Positions 17,590 through 28,533 of a DNA stretch of 64,000 bases are shown piece after piece (position 1 is the stretch's first letter; each line of letters starts with the position of its first letter). The stretch lies in contig CAWJGT010000019.1 in NCBI GenBank assembly GCA_963842525.1, positions 288,001-352,000 of the forward strand, given 5' to 3'. The stretch comes from an uncultured Holophagales bacterium (lineage in GTDB: Bacteria > Acidobacteriota > Thermoanaerobaculia > Multivoradales > UBA5704). A program made the translations under genes and the position numbers. The notes below the pieces were generated by a model that did no database searches, had not been told where the DNA came from, and was given only the letters and a program-made list of their open reading frames with translations.

Positions 17590-19077
17590 TCAGCGGCGGG
17601 TGGTGGTGGTGGGGACGACGGCTTCGCTGCTCTTGGCGAAGCCGGTGACGATGTAGGTGCCCGAGCGCTGGTCTTTTTTCAGCTTGATGATGTTCTTGCG
17701 CGCGGCGTCTTCGAGCAGCTCGGAAAACGAGCTGTAGCCGTAGTAGCCCTCGTTGAAGGAGGGTTTCTTGCGCTGCATCGTCTGCTTGATCATCGAACCC
17801 CAGAGGACGTCCTTGTTCTCGCGGATCAACGCCTGGATCGATTCGATCATCAGGTTGAAAGCCTCGGCCGTCTTCTTGTTGAGCCCGTCCAGCTTGGGTC
17901 CCTTCTGGTTGTCGCGCCAGACGTCCTCGTAGTAGATGAACTCGTCGCAGTTGTCGATCAGCAGGTTCGACGACGAGTTCTTGACGCCGATGCCGATCAC
18001 GTACTTGTTGTTCTCCTTGAGCTTCGAGACCAGCGGCGAGAAGTCGCTGTCGCCCGACACGATGACGAAGGTGTCGAGGTGCTCCTTCGAGTAGGAAAGA
18101 TCCATGGCATCGACGACCATCTTGATGTCGGCGCTGTTCTTGCCCGAGTAGAACTTCTGCGGGATGTCGATCAGCTCGATGGCGGCCTCGTGGAAGGTGC
18201 GCTTGTACTCGCTGTAGCGCTCCCAGTCGGCGTAGGCCTTCTTGACGATGATCTTGCCCTTTTCGAGGAGGCGCTCCAGGATCAGGTTGATGTCGAGCTT
18301 GCTGATCTCGGAGTCGCGCACGCCGAGCGCGATGTTCTCGAGGTCGCAGAACATGGCGATCTTGCGCTCGTCAGGGCCGGTGCGCTGGCGGTCCGCGATC
18401 GAGATGACGATCTCGCGCGGCAGCGGCTCGTCGGCGGGCAGGCTGACGGTCTCGCTGACCCGGTAGGACCGCGGGATCGCGGCCGGGACGCTCACCATCT
18501 GGACCGGGGCGGCAGGCGGGGCGTGTTGGATGGTGTGCCGGCGCCGTGCCGGGACCGGCTCCTCGAAGACGGGCGGGGGCTCCTCGCCGAACAGGCCCTC
18601 GTCCTCGTCGTCCTCCTCGTCGGCCGTGTCGGTGGCCGCCTCGGAAGCCGGAGCCGCCGCGCGGCCGTTCTTGCTCCGTCGCCGGCTGCGCCGCGGGCGC
18701 TTCCTGCGGCTTTCCGGCTTCTCCTCGTCCTGCGCTTCCCGATCCTCGGCCGCGACCTCCACCTCGCCCACCTCGCCGGCCGCCGCGCTGTCTTCCTCGG
18801 CGGGCTCCACAGGCAGGGCCTCTGCGGCCGGATAGGCCTCAGTCGCCTCGGGGTCGCGCGGCGCCACCTCGTCGAAGAGGCGCGGCGGCTCGGGCTCGGG
18901 ACCGGGGAGGGGCTCGTCGACGTTCTCCCGCCAGTCGGGCTCGGACGCCGGCTCGGTCCCCTGGGAGATGGGAAGCTCTTCCGCAATCGGAGTTGCTGGG
19001 GTGGAGGGCTCTTCCTTCTTCTCGCGGTTCTCTTCGTTCAGGCCTTCAGCCGTGGGGCGTAGCCACCATGGACTCAA
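17590..19077 (-). CDS. NYN/LabA (DUF88) PIN-like protein with a C-terminal OST-HTH/LOTUS domain and an acidic disordered N-terminus
   Basis: IAMFCDLENI, KNSADIKMVVDA, VSGDSDFSPLV and YGYSSFSELL motifs; start codon uncertain. Confidence 0.9.
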   Translation of the reverse strand: MSPWWLRPTAEGLNEENREKKEEPSTPATPIAEELPISQGTEPASEPDWRENVDEPLPGPEPEPPRLFDEVAPRDPEATEAYPAAEALPVEPAEEDSAAAGEVGEVEVAAEDREAQDEEKPESRRKRPRRSRRRSKNGRAAAPASEAATDTADEEDDEDEGLFGEEPPPVFEEPVPARRRHTIQHAPPAAPVQMVSVPAAIPRSYRVSETVSLPADEPLPREIVISIADRQRTGPDERKIAMFCDLENIALGVRDSEISKLDINLILERLLEKGKIIVKKAYADWERYSEYKRTFHEAAIELIDIPQKFYSGKNSADIKMVVDAMDLSYSKEHLDTFVIVSGDSDFSPLVSKLKENNKYVIGIGVKNSSSNLLIDNCDEFIYYEDVWRDNQKGPKLDGLNKKTAEAFNLMIESIQALIRENKDVLWGSMIKQTMQRKKPSFNEGYYGYSSFSELLEDAARKNIIKLKKDQRSGTYIVTGFAKSSEAVVPTTTTRR

Positions 19078-19206
19078 CGTTTAAACTCCCTTCCCGAGCC
19101 CCGGGCGGGGCTCGAACTCGTAAGTGCCTGTCGGGCCGTGGCGGCGGGGACGGCCCGGCAGCCTTGCAGATTCTACCATGGGCGAAAATCGCCCCAGGGC
19201 ATCTCG

Positions 19207-19515
19207 CTAGTCGAAATCGAAGGGCCGGCGGGGCGGACCCTCGTCCGGCTCTTCCTCGGCCCGGCGCATGGCCTCGCGGAACTTCTCCTCGAGGAGCCGG
19301 TCGCGGTCCTTGATGGCGGCGACCTCGCGCTGGAAGATGTCCTCCGCCCTCTCCTTGTCGTCGTCGAGCCCTTTGAGCAGAGCGTCGAAGTCCTTGCCGC
19401 CGGCGGGCAGTTGCTTCGCCTTGCGGTGGGAGAGGATCTGGCCGGTCGCCGCATCGATGACCAGGTCGGAGTTGCAGTCGGGGCAGCGGACGGTCAGCTT
19501 CCGATTCTCGCTCAC
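19207..19515 (-). CDS. Conserved hypothetical protein with an N-terminal CxxC
   Basis: VRCPDC..L.ID..TG.IL followed by a coiled coil and PFDFD end. Confidence 0.75.
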   Translation of the reverse strand: MSENRKLTVRCPDCNSDLVIDAATGQILSHRKAKQLPAGGKDFDALLKGLDDDKERAEDIFQREVAAIKDRDRLLEEKFREAMRRAEEEPDEGPPRRPFDFD

Positions 19516-19551
19516 TCGTCCATTCTACTCAGTTCTGCTAAGTTACGCGCC

Positions 19552-20130
19552 ATGACGGAGACGATGACCGAAAGAGTCCCGAGCCGTGACGAGGCCTGGC
19601 AGCTTCTCTGCCAGTACACGGAGAAGGAGCCCCTGCGCAAGCACGCCCTGGCCGTCGAGGCCTCCATGCGCCACTACGCCCGGCTCTTCGGCGAGGACGA
19701 GGAGCTCTGGGGGCTCACCGGCCTGCTCCACGATTTCGACTACGAGCGCTGGCCCGAGGCCACGGACCACCCCTACCGGGGCAACGAGATCCTGACCGCC
19801 CAGGGCTATCCCGAGGCGCTGCGCACCGCCATCATGGGCCATGCCCCCTACACCGGGGTGCCGCGCGAGACCCGCCTCGCCAAGACCCTCTACGCCTGCG
19901 ACGAGCTCTCCGGCTTCGTCGTGGCCGTCGCCCTGATCAAGCCGAGCAAGGCCGTCCGCGACGTGGACGTGACCTCGGTCAAGAAGCGCTTCAAGGAGAA
20001 GGCCTTCGCCCGCGGCGTCCACCGCGAGGACATCTTCCAGGGCGCCGAGGAGCTGGGCGTGCCGCTCGACGAGCACGTCGAGAACGTGATCAAGGCCCTC
20101 CAGGCAGCGGCACCCAGCCTCGGGCTGTAG
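19552..20130 (+). CDS. HD-superfamily (HDIG) hydrolase
   Basis: LRKHALAVE, LLHDFDYE, ACDELSG; TGCTAAGTT -10-like box 7 nt upstream suggests a leaderless transcript. Confidence 0.9.
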   Translation: MTETMTERVPSRDEAWQLLCQYTEKEPLRKHALAVEASMRHYARLFGEDEELWGLTGLLHDFDYERWPEATDHPYRGNEILTAQGYPEALRTAIMGHAPYTGVPRETRLAKTLYACDELSGFVVAVALIKPSKAVRDVDVTSVKKRFKEKAFARGVHREDIFQGAEELGVPLDEHVENVIKALQAAAPSLGL

Positions 20131-20180
20131 CGGCCCGCGAGCTTGACACCCCCGCCCCCTGGGATAGAGAGGGGGCCTCC

Positions 20181-20996
20181 ATGTTCCGGGTGGCCTACAA
20201 GCTTTTCCGCTTCCGCGGGCTCCTCGCCACCCTGACGGCGCGCGAGCTCAAGGCACGCTACCGCGGGTCGGTCCTCGGCTTCCTCTGGTCGCTGGCCAAC
20301 CCGCTCCTGCTCCTCGCGGTCTACACCTTCGTCTTCGGCGTGCTCTTCAAGCCGGCGCGCAGCGCGGGGATCGGCGGCCCCTATGCGCTCTTCGTGGTCA
20401 GCGGCCTCTTCCCCTGGATCTGGCTCTCGACCTCGACGCTCGAAGGCTCCATGTCGCTGATCTCCAACTCGGGGCTGATCCGCAAGGCGGTCTTCCCGGC
20501 CGAGCTGCTGCCCATGGTCGTGGTCCTCTCGAACCTCGTCCACTTCCTGCTCGCCTTGCCCGTGATCGGCGCGGCTCTGGCCACGAGCTGGCTGCTCAGC
20601 GACCGCGGAGTGGGAGGGCAGGCCGCGGTGCTGCTGCCGCTGGTGATCCTCCTCCACCTGCCCATGGTCGCCGGGCTGGCCCTCGGGGCCTCCGCCCTCA
20701 CCGTCCACTTCAAGGACGTGCGCGACCTGCTGGCCAACCTGATGACTCTGCTGTTCTTCCTCACCCCCATCCTCTACCATCTCGACTTTTTCTCGGGAGG
20801 ATACCGGGTCATGGCCTGGCTGGTGCGGCTCAACCCGTTCACGCCGTTCACCCTGGCCTACCAGCAGGTGCTCTTCTACGGCACGCCGCCCTCGCCGCGG
20901 CTCTGGGCGCAGATGGCTCTGATCAGCCTCGCCTTCTGGGCGGCGGGCGCGTCCCTCTTCGACCGGCTGCGCGAGACCCTGGTGGAGGCGGCATGA
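20181..20996 (+). CDS. wzm: ABC-2 polysaccharide export permease
   Basis: RELKARYRGSVLGFLWSL.NPL, FFLTPILY, LNPF. Confidence 0.92.
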   Translation: MFRVAYKLFRFRGLLATLTARELKARYRGSVLGFLWSLANPLLLLAVYTFVFGVLFKPARSAGIGGPYALFVVSGLFPWIWLSTSTLEGSMSLISNSGLIRKAVFPAELLPMVVVLSNLVHFLLALPVIGAALATSWLLSDRGVGGQAAVLLPLVILLHLPMVAGLALGASALTVHFKDVRDLLANLMTLLFFLTPILYHLDFFSGGYRVMAWLVRLNPFTPFTLAYQQVLFYGTPPSPRLWAQMALISLAFWAAGASLFDRLRETLVEAA

Positions 20997-22315
20997 GCGA
21001 GGCCACCGCGCCATCGCGGCCACCGAGGCGATCCGCGTCGAGCAGCTCGTGAAGCTCTACCGCCGGACCCTCCCGGGCGACCGGCTGCGCACCCTCAAGA
21101 GCGCGCTGCTCGAAGGGAGCCTCACCAGCAACCTGCGGCGCGACGAGGCCATCGTGGCCCTGGAGGGGATCGACTTCTCTGTGGCGCGCGGCGAGGCGTT
21201 CGGCGTGGTCGGCGGCAACGGCTCGGGGAAGTCGACCCTGCTCAAGCTGATCGCCGGCATGCTCAAGCCCACCGCCGGGCGGATCACCGTCACCGGCCGG
21301 GTGGCGGCGATGATCGAGCTCGGCGCAGGCTTCCATCCGGAAATCTCGGGCCGCGAGAACGTCTTCATCAACGGCGCCGTGCTCGGCCTCTCCCGCCGCG
21401 AGATCGAACGGCGCTACGAGGAGATCGTCGAGTTCTCCGGCCTCGGCGACTTCATGGAGGAGCCGGTCAAGAACTACTCGTCCGGCATGTACGTCCGCCT
21501 CGGCTTCGCGGTGGCCATCCACACCGATCCGGACGTGCTGCTGGTCGACGAGGTCCTGGCCGTGGGGGACGAGGCCTTCGCCCATCGCTGCGTGCGGCGG
21601 ATCGAGGAGTTCCTCGCCGCCGGCCGGACCCTCCTCCTGGTCAGCCACTCGCTCGACCTCGTCGCCGGCCTCTGCGACCGGGTCCTCTGGCTGGAGGACG
21701 GGAAGCAGCGCCTGGTGGCCTCGCCGCGGCGGGCGATCGACGCCTACCGCCAGGCCGTGGCCGAGCAGGAGGCGGAAGGGCACCAGGCGGCCAAAGAGGC
21801 CAAGGAGGCCAAGACGCAGCGCGAGGCCGCGGCAGGGGACGAGCAGGCCGAAGAGAACCTGCGCTGGGGCTCGCGTGCGGCCGAGATCACCGCGGCCCGC
21901 CTCCTGGGCTCCTCGGGCGCCGAGCACTACCACCTGCAGTCCGGGGAGGACGCGGTGTTCGAGATCCAGGCCCGGGCCGAGCAGCCGCTCACCGACTTCG
22001 TCTTCGGCGTCGCCGTCAAGACGCCGCGCGAGGTGGAGGTCTGGGGAACCAACACGGACCTGGAAGGCTACGTCCCCGTCTCCTTCCAGGGGGAGGCCAC
22101 CGTGCGCCTGGTCTGCCCGGCGTTGCGCCTCGCCCCGGGCGACTACACTGTCGACGTGGCGGTGCATGCTCGCGACGGCGCCCCCTACGACTACCGGCGC
22201 CGGATCTTCACCTTCACCGTCACTGCCCCCACCGGAGGGATTGGCGTCTACTTCCCCGAGCACCGGTGGGAAGCTCGACGGCGGAGTCCGCTGGGAGGAG
22301 CCGCCGTCGCCGTAG
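20993..22315 (+). CDS. wzt: ABC polysaccharide export ATPase with a Wzt C-terminal domain (frameshifts near both ends)
   Basis: GGNGSGKST, YSSGMYVRLGF, LLVDEVLAVGD; ATG 20993 overlaps the wzm stop but is out of frame with the main ORF. Confidence 0.88.
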
Positions 22316-22349
22316 GGGCAGCAGACCGCGCCCAAGAGGAGCACGCGCC

Positions 22350-23654
22350 ATGGCTCAACCGCCGCCCGACGAGCTCACCGAGCTGGCCCGCCGGCTCGTT
22401 CCGCTGGCGCTCGCGGCGGTCGATTCCGAGCGGCTGGTGCGCGACGAGCTCCAGCGGCGGGCCGCCGCCGGCTTCGCGGCGGTCCTCGCCGTGGGCAAGG
22501 CCGCGGCGGCCCTGGCGCGCGGTGTTCGAGGCGCCCGCGGCGCTCTCGCCAACTCGCCGCGCTGCCTGCTCATCCGCCCGCACTCCAGCCCGGCGCTCCT
22601 CGATCCGGGCTGGGAGCAGACGAGCGGCGGCCACCCGCTGCCCGACCGGCAGAGCGTCGCCGCCGGGGAACGCCTCCGGCGGTGGCTCGCCGCGATGGGC
22701 CCTTCCGACACGCTGCTCGCCTTGATCTCCGGCGGCGCCTCCGCCTGCATCGAGGTGCCCGCCCCCGGCCTCACCCTCGACGACCTGGTGGCGACCCAGC
22801 GGGCGCTGCTGGCCTCGGGGCTGCCGATCGCCAGGATCAACGCCGTGCGCAAGCACCTCTCGATGCTCAAGGGAGGCGGCGCCCTGCGCTGCACCCGTGG
22901 CCGGGTGGTGGCGCTGCTCCTCTCGGACGTGCCGGGAGACGACCCGTCAACCATCGCCTCCGGGCTCTTCGCCGCGGACCCGACCCAGTACGCCGATGCA
23001 TTGGCGGCCGTCCTGCCTCTCGACGTGCCGCCGCGGGTGCGCGACCACCTCGCGGCCGGTGTGCATGGCGCCGTGCCCGAGACGTTGAAACCGGGCGATC
23101 CTGACCTCGCCCGGGTGGAGAGCGCGCTCCTCGGCAGCGCCGGCACGGCCGTGGCCGCGGTGGCGGCCGAGCTGCGGCGCCAGGGTTTCGCGGTGGAGGA
23201 GGGGAGCCTCGGCGGCGAGGCTTCCCGCGCGGCCCGGGACCTGGTGGCCCGCGGCCGGAGCCTCGCCGGCGCACGGACCGCCGTGGTCCTGGGCGGCGAG
23301 ACCACGGTCACCCTGACCGGCCCGGGCAGCGGACAGGGAGGCCGCAACGGCGAGCTGGCGCTCGCCGCGGCCCGGGACCTGCGAGAGGGGTTTCCCGGCC
23401 AGGACGAGGCCGTCCTGGCCCTGGCCACCGACGGCGAGGACGGGACGACGCGGACCGCCGGAGCCGTGGTGAGCAGCCGGACCTGGGAGGCGGTCCGCCG
23501 CGCCGGGATCGATCCGGCGGCGGCCCTGGCGCGGCACGATTCGCTGCCGGCGCTCGCGGCGGTCTGGGGGACTCTCCTCCGCACCGGCGTCACCGGAACC
23601 AATGTCGGCGACCTGGTGATCTACCTGCGGGCGCCGTCTCCGGGAATGGGATAG
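22350..23654 (+). CDS. Glycerate kinase type 2 / hydroxypyruvate reductase-like (DUF4147 + MOFRL)
   Basis: GKAA, GHPLPD, LISGGASA, RKHLS.LKGG, GGETTV, GGRN.E, TGTNV.D. Confidence 0.9.
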   Translation: MAQPPPDELTELARRLVPLALAAVDSERLVRDELQRRAAAGFAAVLAVGKAAAALARGVRGARGALANSPRCLLIRPHSSPALLDPGWEQTSGGHPLPDRQSVAAGERLRRWLAAMGPSDTLLALISGGASACIEVPAPGLTLDDLVATQRALLASGLPIARINAVRKHLSMLKGGGALRCTRGRVVALLLSDVPGDDPSTIASGLFAADPTQYADALAAVLPLDVPPRVRDHLAAGVHGAVPETLKPGDPDLARVESALLGSAGTAVAAVAAELRRQGFAVEEGSLGGEASRAARDLVARGRSLAGARTAVVLGGETTVTLTGPGSGQGGRNGELALAAARDLREGFPGQDEAVLALATDGEDGTTRTAGAVVSSRTWEAVRRAGIDPAAALARHDSLPALAAVWGTLLRTGVTGTNVGDLVIYLRAPSPGMG

Positions 23655-23687
23655 CATGGTCCAAACGAGACGACAAGGAGGTCCCCT

Positions 23688-23966
23688 GTGGAGGAGCCGA
23701 AGGGACTCGGCATCAAGATCGGCGACGAAGAGCTGAGGGGCCGCTACTCGAACCTGCTCCGCATCACCCATACGCGCGAGGAGTTCATCCTCGACTTCAT
23801 CAACCTGGCGCCGCCGCAGGGGATCGTCACGGCCCGTGTCGTGACCAGCCCCGGCCACCTGAAGCGGATCATCGGCGCCCTGGTGGCGAACCTGGACAGG
23901 TACGAACAGACGTTCGGCATCATCCAGGAGGCGCCGGAGCCGACCGAGGACGGTGGCGTGCATTGA
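23688..23966 (+). CDS. DUF3467 family protein
   Basis: GRYSNL..ITHTREEFILDF...ARVVTSPGHLK; AAGGAGG RBS. Confidence 0.88.
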   Translation: MEEPKGLGIKIGDEELRGRYSNLLRITHTREEFILDFINLAPPQGIVTARVVTSPGHLKRIIGALVANLDRYEQTFGIIQEAPEPTEDGGVH

Positions 23967-23967
23967 C

Positions 23968-24621
23968 ATGACCGGACCTCGCCGCGGAGGGCCTTGGCTG
24001 GTGCTCATCCTGCCGCTGCTCTCGTGGCTCGCCCCGGGCTGCCAGTCCGGAGGGGGTCGTCCGCCGTCCACCGGCGCGGGCGGGCTGCTGGACGGCCCCA
24101 CCCGCTGGCTGATGCTCCCCGACGAGATGCGGCAGGCCCAGCATCTGGAGACCACCCGCGAGGCGGTCGACTTCGTCGAGGCGTTCTGGCGCCGGCGCGA
24201 TCCCGATCCGCTCCAGCCCGGCAACGAGTTCGCGAAGGCCTTCAACGAACGGGTGGAGGCCGCCGACCACCTCTACGGCGAGGGCGGCGAACGCGGCAGC
24301 CTGACCGACCGCGGCCGGGCCCTGGTCCTGCTCGGCCCGCCGCCGGTCCTGCGCTACAACCGCAAGCGCCTCCCCGCCTGGGAGCCCGGCAAGCTCGGAA
24401 CCCGGCCCGCGATCCAGACACGCACCGCCATGGTGGAGGTCTGGGTCTACCCGCTGACCGACCTGCCGCCCGAGCTGGCCAAGGCGCTCCTGGACGAGGA
24501 GCCCGAGGCGGAGCAGATCGAGCTCTCCTTCCTGGAAGAGGGCGACCGCACCCGCCTGATCGAGGGAGAGAAATTCCTGGAGATCACCGCCCGCGCGGCG
24601 GTGCGCGACCTCACCCCCTAG
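23968..24621 (+). CDS. GWxTD-domain lipoprotein-like protein
   Basis: FWRRRDPDP...NEF, RV..AD..Y, GSLTDRGR..VLLGPP, EVWVY. Confidence 0.85.
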   Translation: MTGPRRGGPWLVLILPLLSWLAPGCQSGGGRPPSTGAGGLLDGPTRWLMLPDEMRQAQHLETTREAVDFVEAFWRRRDPDPLQPGNEFAKAFNERVEAADHLYGEGGERGSLTDRGRALVLLGPPPVLRYNRKRLPAWEPGKLGTRPAIQTRTAMVEVWVYPLTDLPPELAKALLDEEPEAEQIELSFLEEGDRTRLIEGEKFLEITARAAVRDLTP

Positions 24622-24820
24622 CCCCCTCTCCCATCGCTCTCCCTTCCCTCGGGAGAGGGGGAACGCAGGCGAGGCAATGGGGTGTATCCAAGGCTACAGA
24701 TCCGTGCGGAACCGGGTGTGGACGCAGGTGCCCGGACTCGCCTAGACGGCCTGAGCCACGTCCCCCCTCTCCCGGGGATGGATGGGTGGGAGATGGGAGA
24801 GGGGGACAGGGGGTGAGGTC
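24607..24820. repeat. Palindromic element of the CCTCACCCCC...CTCTCCC family; supplies the GWxTD stop codon
   Basis: GACCTCACCCCC...GGGGGTGAGGTC inverted termini with internal CCCTCTCCC/GGGAGAGGG hairpins. Confidence 0.8.
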
Positions 24821-24912
24821 ATAGCCCCAAAAGCCGCTGGCGCTGTTCTCCGTCACCTGCCTTTGCCGCTGCGCCGCCTGATCCGGGATCGCGCGAGCCG
24901 TCATTTCCACGG

Positions 24913-26601
<1,689 letters not shown>

Positions 26602-26649
26602 GCTCACACCTCCTCCTCGCCCGCGGGTGAGGCAAGATCGGTGCCGAAG

Positions 26650-26676
26650 TGTAACCTCTCGGGCCTTTCGCGCGTA
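26650..26676 (+). promoter_or_regulatory. Possible ECF-sigma promoter (TGTAAC-N17-CGTA) for the DUF4097 gene
   Basis: Resembles the sigmaW/sigmaE-type TGAAAC-N16-CGTA consensus; only one instance. Confidence 0.3.
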
Positions 26677-26701
26677 AGGTGGGTGGAAGGAGGAGATTCC
26701 T

Positions 26702-27547
26702 ATGCGAAATCCTGTTCTGCGCACGCTCGGACTGACCCTGCTGGTCCTGGCCTCCGCCACGGCGGCCGAGGCGGTCACTCTCAAGGACAAGCTCACCAAG
26801 ACGTCGCCGCTCAAGCCGGGCGGCATCGTAGTCATCGAGAACGTCAACGGCGGCATCACCCTGGAGGCCTGGGACCGTCAGGAGGTCCAGGTCGAGGCCG
26901 AGAAGCGCGTCAAGGCCGACGACGAGGACGTCGCCAAGAAGGTCATGGCCGAGATCAAGTTCGACATCAAGGCGGACGCCAACAGCTTCCGCATCAAGAC
27001 GATCATGCCCAAGCGGAACGACGGCTTCTTCGACTGGCTGAGCGGCAACAATGCGAACGTCAGCGTCGAATACCGCGTCCGCGTTCCCCGCGAGGTCGCG
27101 CTGGAGGTCGACAACACCAACGGCGGCATCAAGGTGACCGGCACGCGCGGCAAGGCCAACCTGAGCACGACCAACGGCGGCTTCAAGCTCGACCGGACGG
27201 CCGGTGACATGCGCCTGAGCACGACCAACGGCGGCATCGCGGTCACCAATGCCGCGGGCACCGTCAGGGCGGAGACCACCAACGGCGGCATCGATGTGCA
27301 GCTCAACAAGGTCGCAGAGGGGGCGGACCTGTCGTTCGTCTCGACGAATGGCGGCATCACCGTGAAGCTCCCCCGGGACATCCGTGTATCGCTCGACGCC
27401 TCAACCAGCAACGGACGGGTCCACAGCGATTTCGACGTCGAGGGGGGGACTCCGGGCAAGCGCAGCCTGGAGGGCGATATCAACGGCGGCGGCGGCAAGC
27501 TCAAGGTCCGCACCACGAACGGCGGCGTTCACCTCGTCGCCGGGTGA
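26702..27547 (+). CDS. Secreted DUF4097 beta-strand repeat protein
   Basis: Signal peptide and repeated T(T/S)NGGI motifs. Confidence 0.88.
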   Translation: MRNPVLRTLGLTLLVLASATAAEAVTLKDKLTKTSPLKPGGIVVIENVNGGITLEAWDRQEVQVEAEKRVKADDEDVAKKVMAEIKFDIKADANSFRIKTIMPKRNDGFFDWLSGNNANVSVEYRVRVPREVALEVDNTNGGIKVTGTRGKANLSTTNGGFKLDRTAGDMRLSTTNGGIAVTNAAGTVRAETTNGGIDVQLNKVAEGADLSFVSTNGGITVKLPRDIRVSLDASTSNGRVHSDFDVEGGTPGKRSLEGDINGGGGKLKVRTTNGGVHLVAG

Positions 27548-27616
27548 GCCCTCTCCCCCTGGCCCCCTCTCCCGTGCGGCCCCCGGCCGTCCACCCCGAA
27601 CGGGAGAGGGGGAGAG
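27548..27616. repeat. Single arm of the CTCTCCC/GGGAGAGGG palindromic family
   Basis: ccctggccccctctcccg...cgggagaggggga. Confidence 0.65.
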
Positions 27617-28084
27617 TCATTGCAGCGACACCGAGTGGCTGGTGTCCGTGAGCCAGATCAGCCCGTCGTATTGGCTGGCGACCGCGGCGGGATAGAAGGC
27701 GCAGCGGACCGCCAGGGCGCCGATCGAGCGGAAGGGCCTCTCCGCGGCGAGCCAGGGAGCGGCCGGCGAGCCGCCGACACTGCGGAGGTCGACGATGAGC
27801 CGGGGGAGGCCCGCGCTGCGCAGGGTCGCCCTTGCCACCTTCGGTCCAGGGAGCCTTGTCGGAATACCGCATGCGCAGGCTGCTGCGGCCCGACTGGAAC
27901 ACCTGGGTGTCCGGCCGGATCTCGTAGCCCATGCTCCCCGAGTACCAGCCCCCGAGGCAGTCGGGAGCTTCGAGGTCGAGGTCGAGGTACGGATTCGCCG
28001 GCGCGCCCTGGACCGGCGCGTTCGCGAGGAGAGGAGGAGACCGAGGGCGAGCCAGGACCAGCGGGACGTCTTCACAGCGGACAT
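27617..28084 (-). pseudogene. Internally deleted remnant, possibly of an erythromycin-esterase-family secreted protein
   Basis: Signal-peptide-like start, GGAG RBS and a C-terminal QYDGLIW..T motif, but only ~155 codons. Confidence 0.4.
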
Positions 28085-28208
28085 CTCCTTTCTAGAGATC
28101 GATCTCGTCGAGCGACAGGAGCCCTTGTTTCAGAGCATAGATCACGGCCTGGGCCCCGGCGGTCCCTCGGGTACGCGTGGGCGCCCAGGCGCGCCGGGCC
28201 GGGCATTA

Positions 28209-28523
28209 GTGGCACGGCGGCTTCCCACCCACCGTCCGCCGACGCATCCTGGAGAGATGCTCCTGGAGGAATTCCTGAAGCCGCTCGCCATCAGCCAGTC
28301 GACCTTTGCCATCCGCCTTGGAGTCTCCTTCCCGAGACTCAATGAAGTCATTCGGGGCAAGAGGTCGGTCACTCCCGATACGGCCCTCCGCCTGGCCCGC
28401 GTCCTTGGCACCTCGGCTGACTTCTGGCTGGGCCTGCAGCAGGACTGGGACCTGTGGCAAGCCCTGCACGGCAAAGAAGCGGCCGCAATCGAGCAGCTCG
28501 AGCCGCTCCGCCTTCCCGCATGA
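28209..28523 (+). CDS. higA: HigA-family antitoxin (HTH-XRE), with no adjacent toxin
   Basis: PTHPGEMLLEEFL, RLNEVIRGKRSVTPDTALRL, FWLGLQ. Confidence 0.9.
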   Translation: MARRLPTHRPPTHPGEMLLEEFLKPLAISQSTFAIRLGVSFPRLNEVIRGKRSVTPDTALRLARVLGTSADFWLGLQQDWDLWQALHGKEAAAIEQLEPLRLPA

Positions 28524-28533
28524 GCGGGAGGTT

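Noticed and set aside
27795-28208. HigB toxin upstream of higA
   Set aside because: No RelE/HigB-like ORF is recognisable; the region is occupied by an opposite-strand remnant
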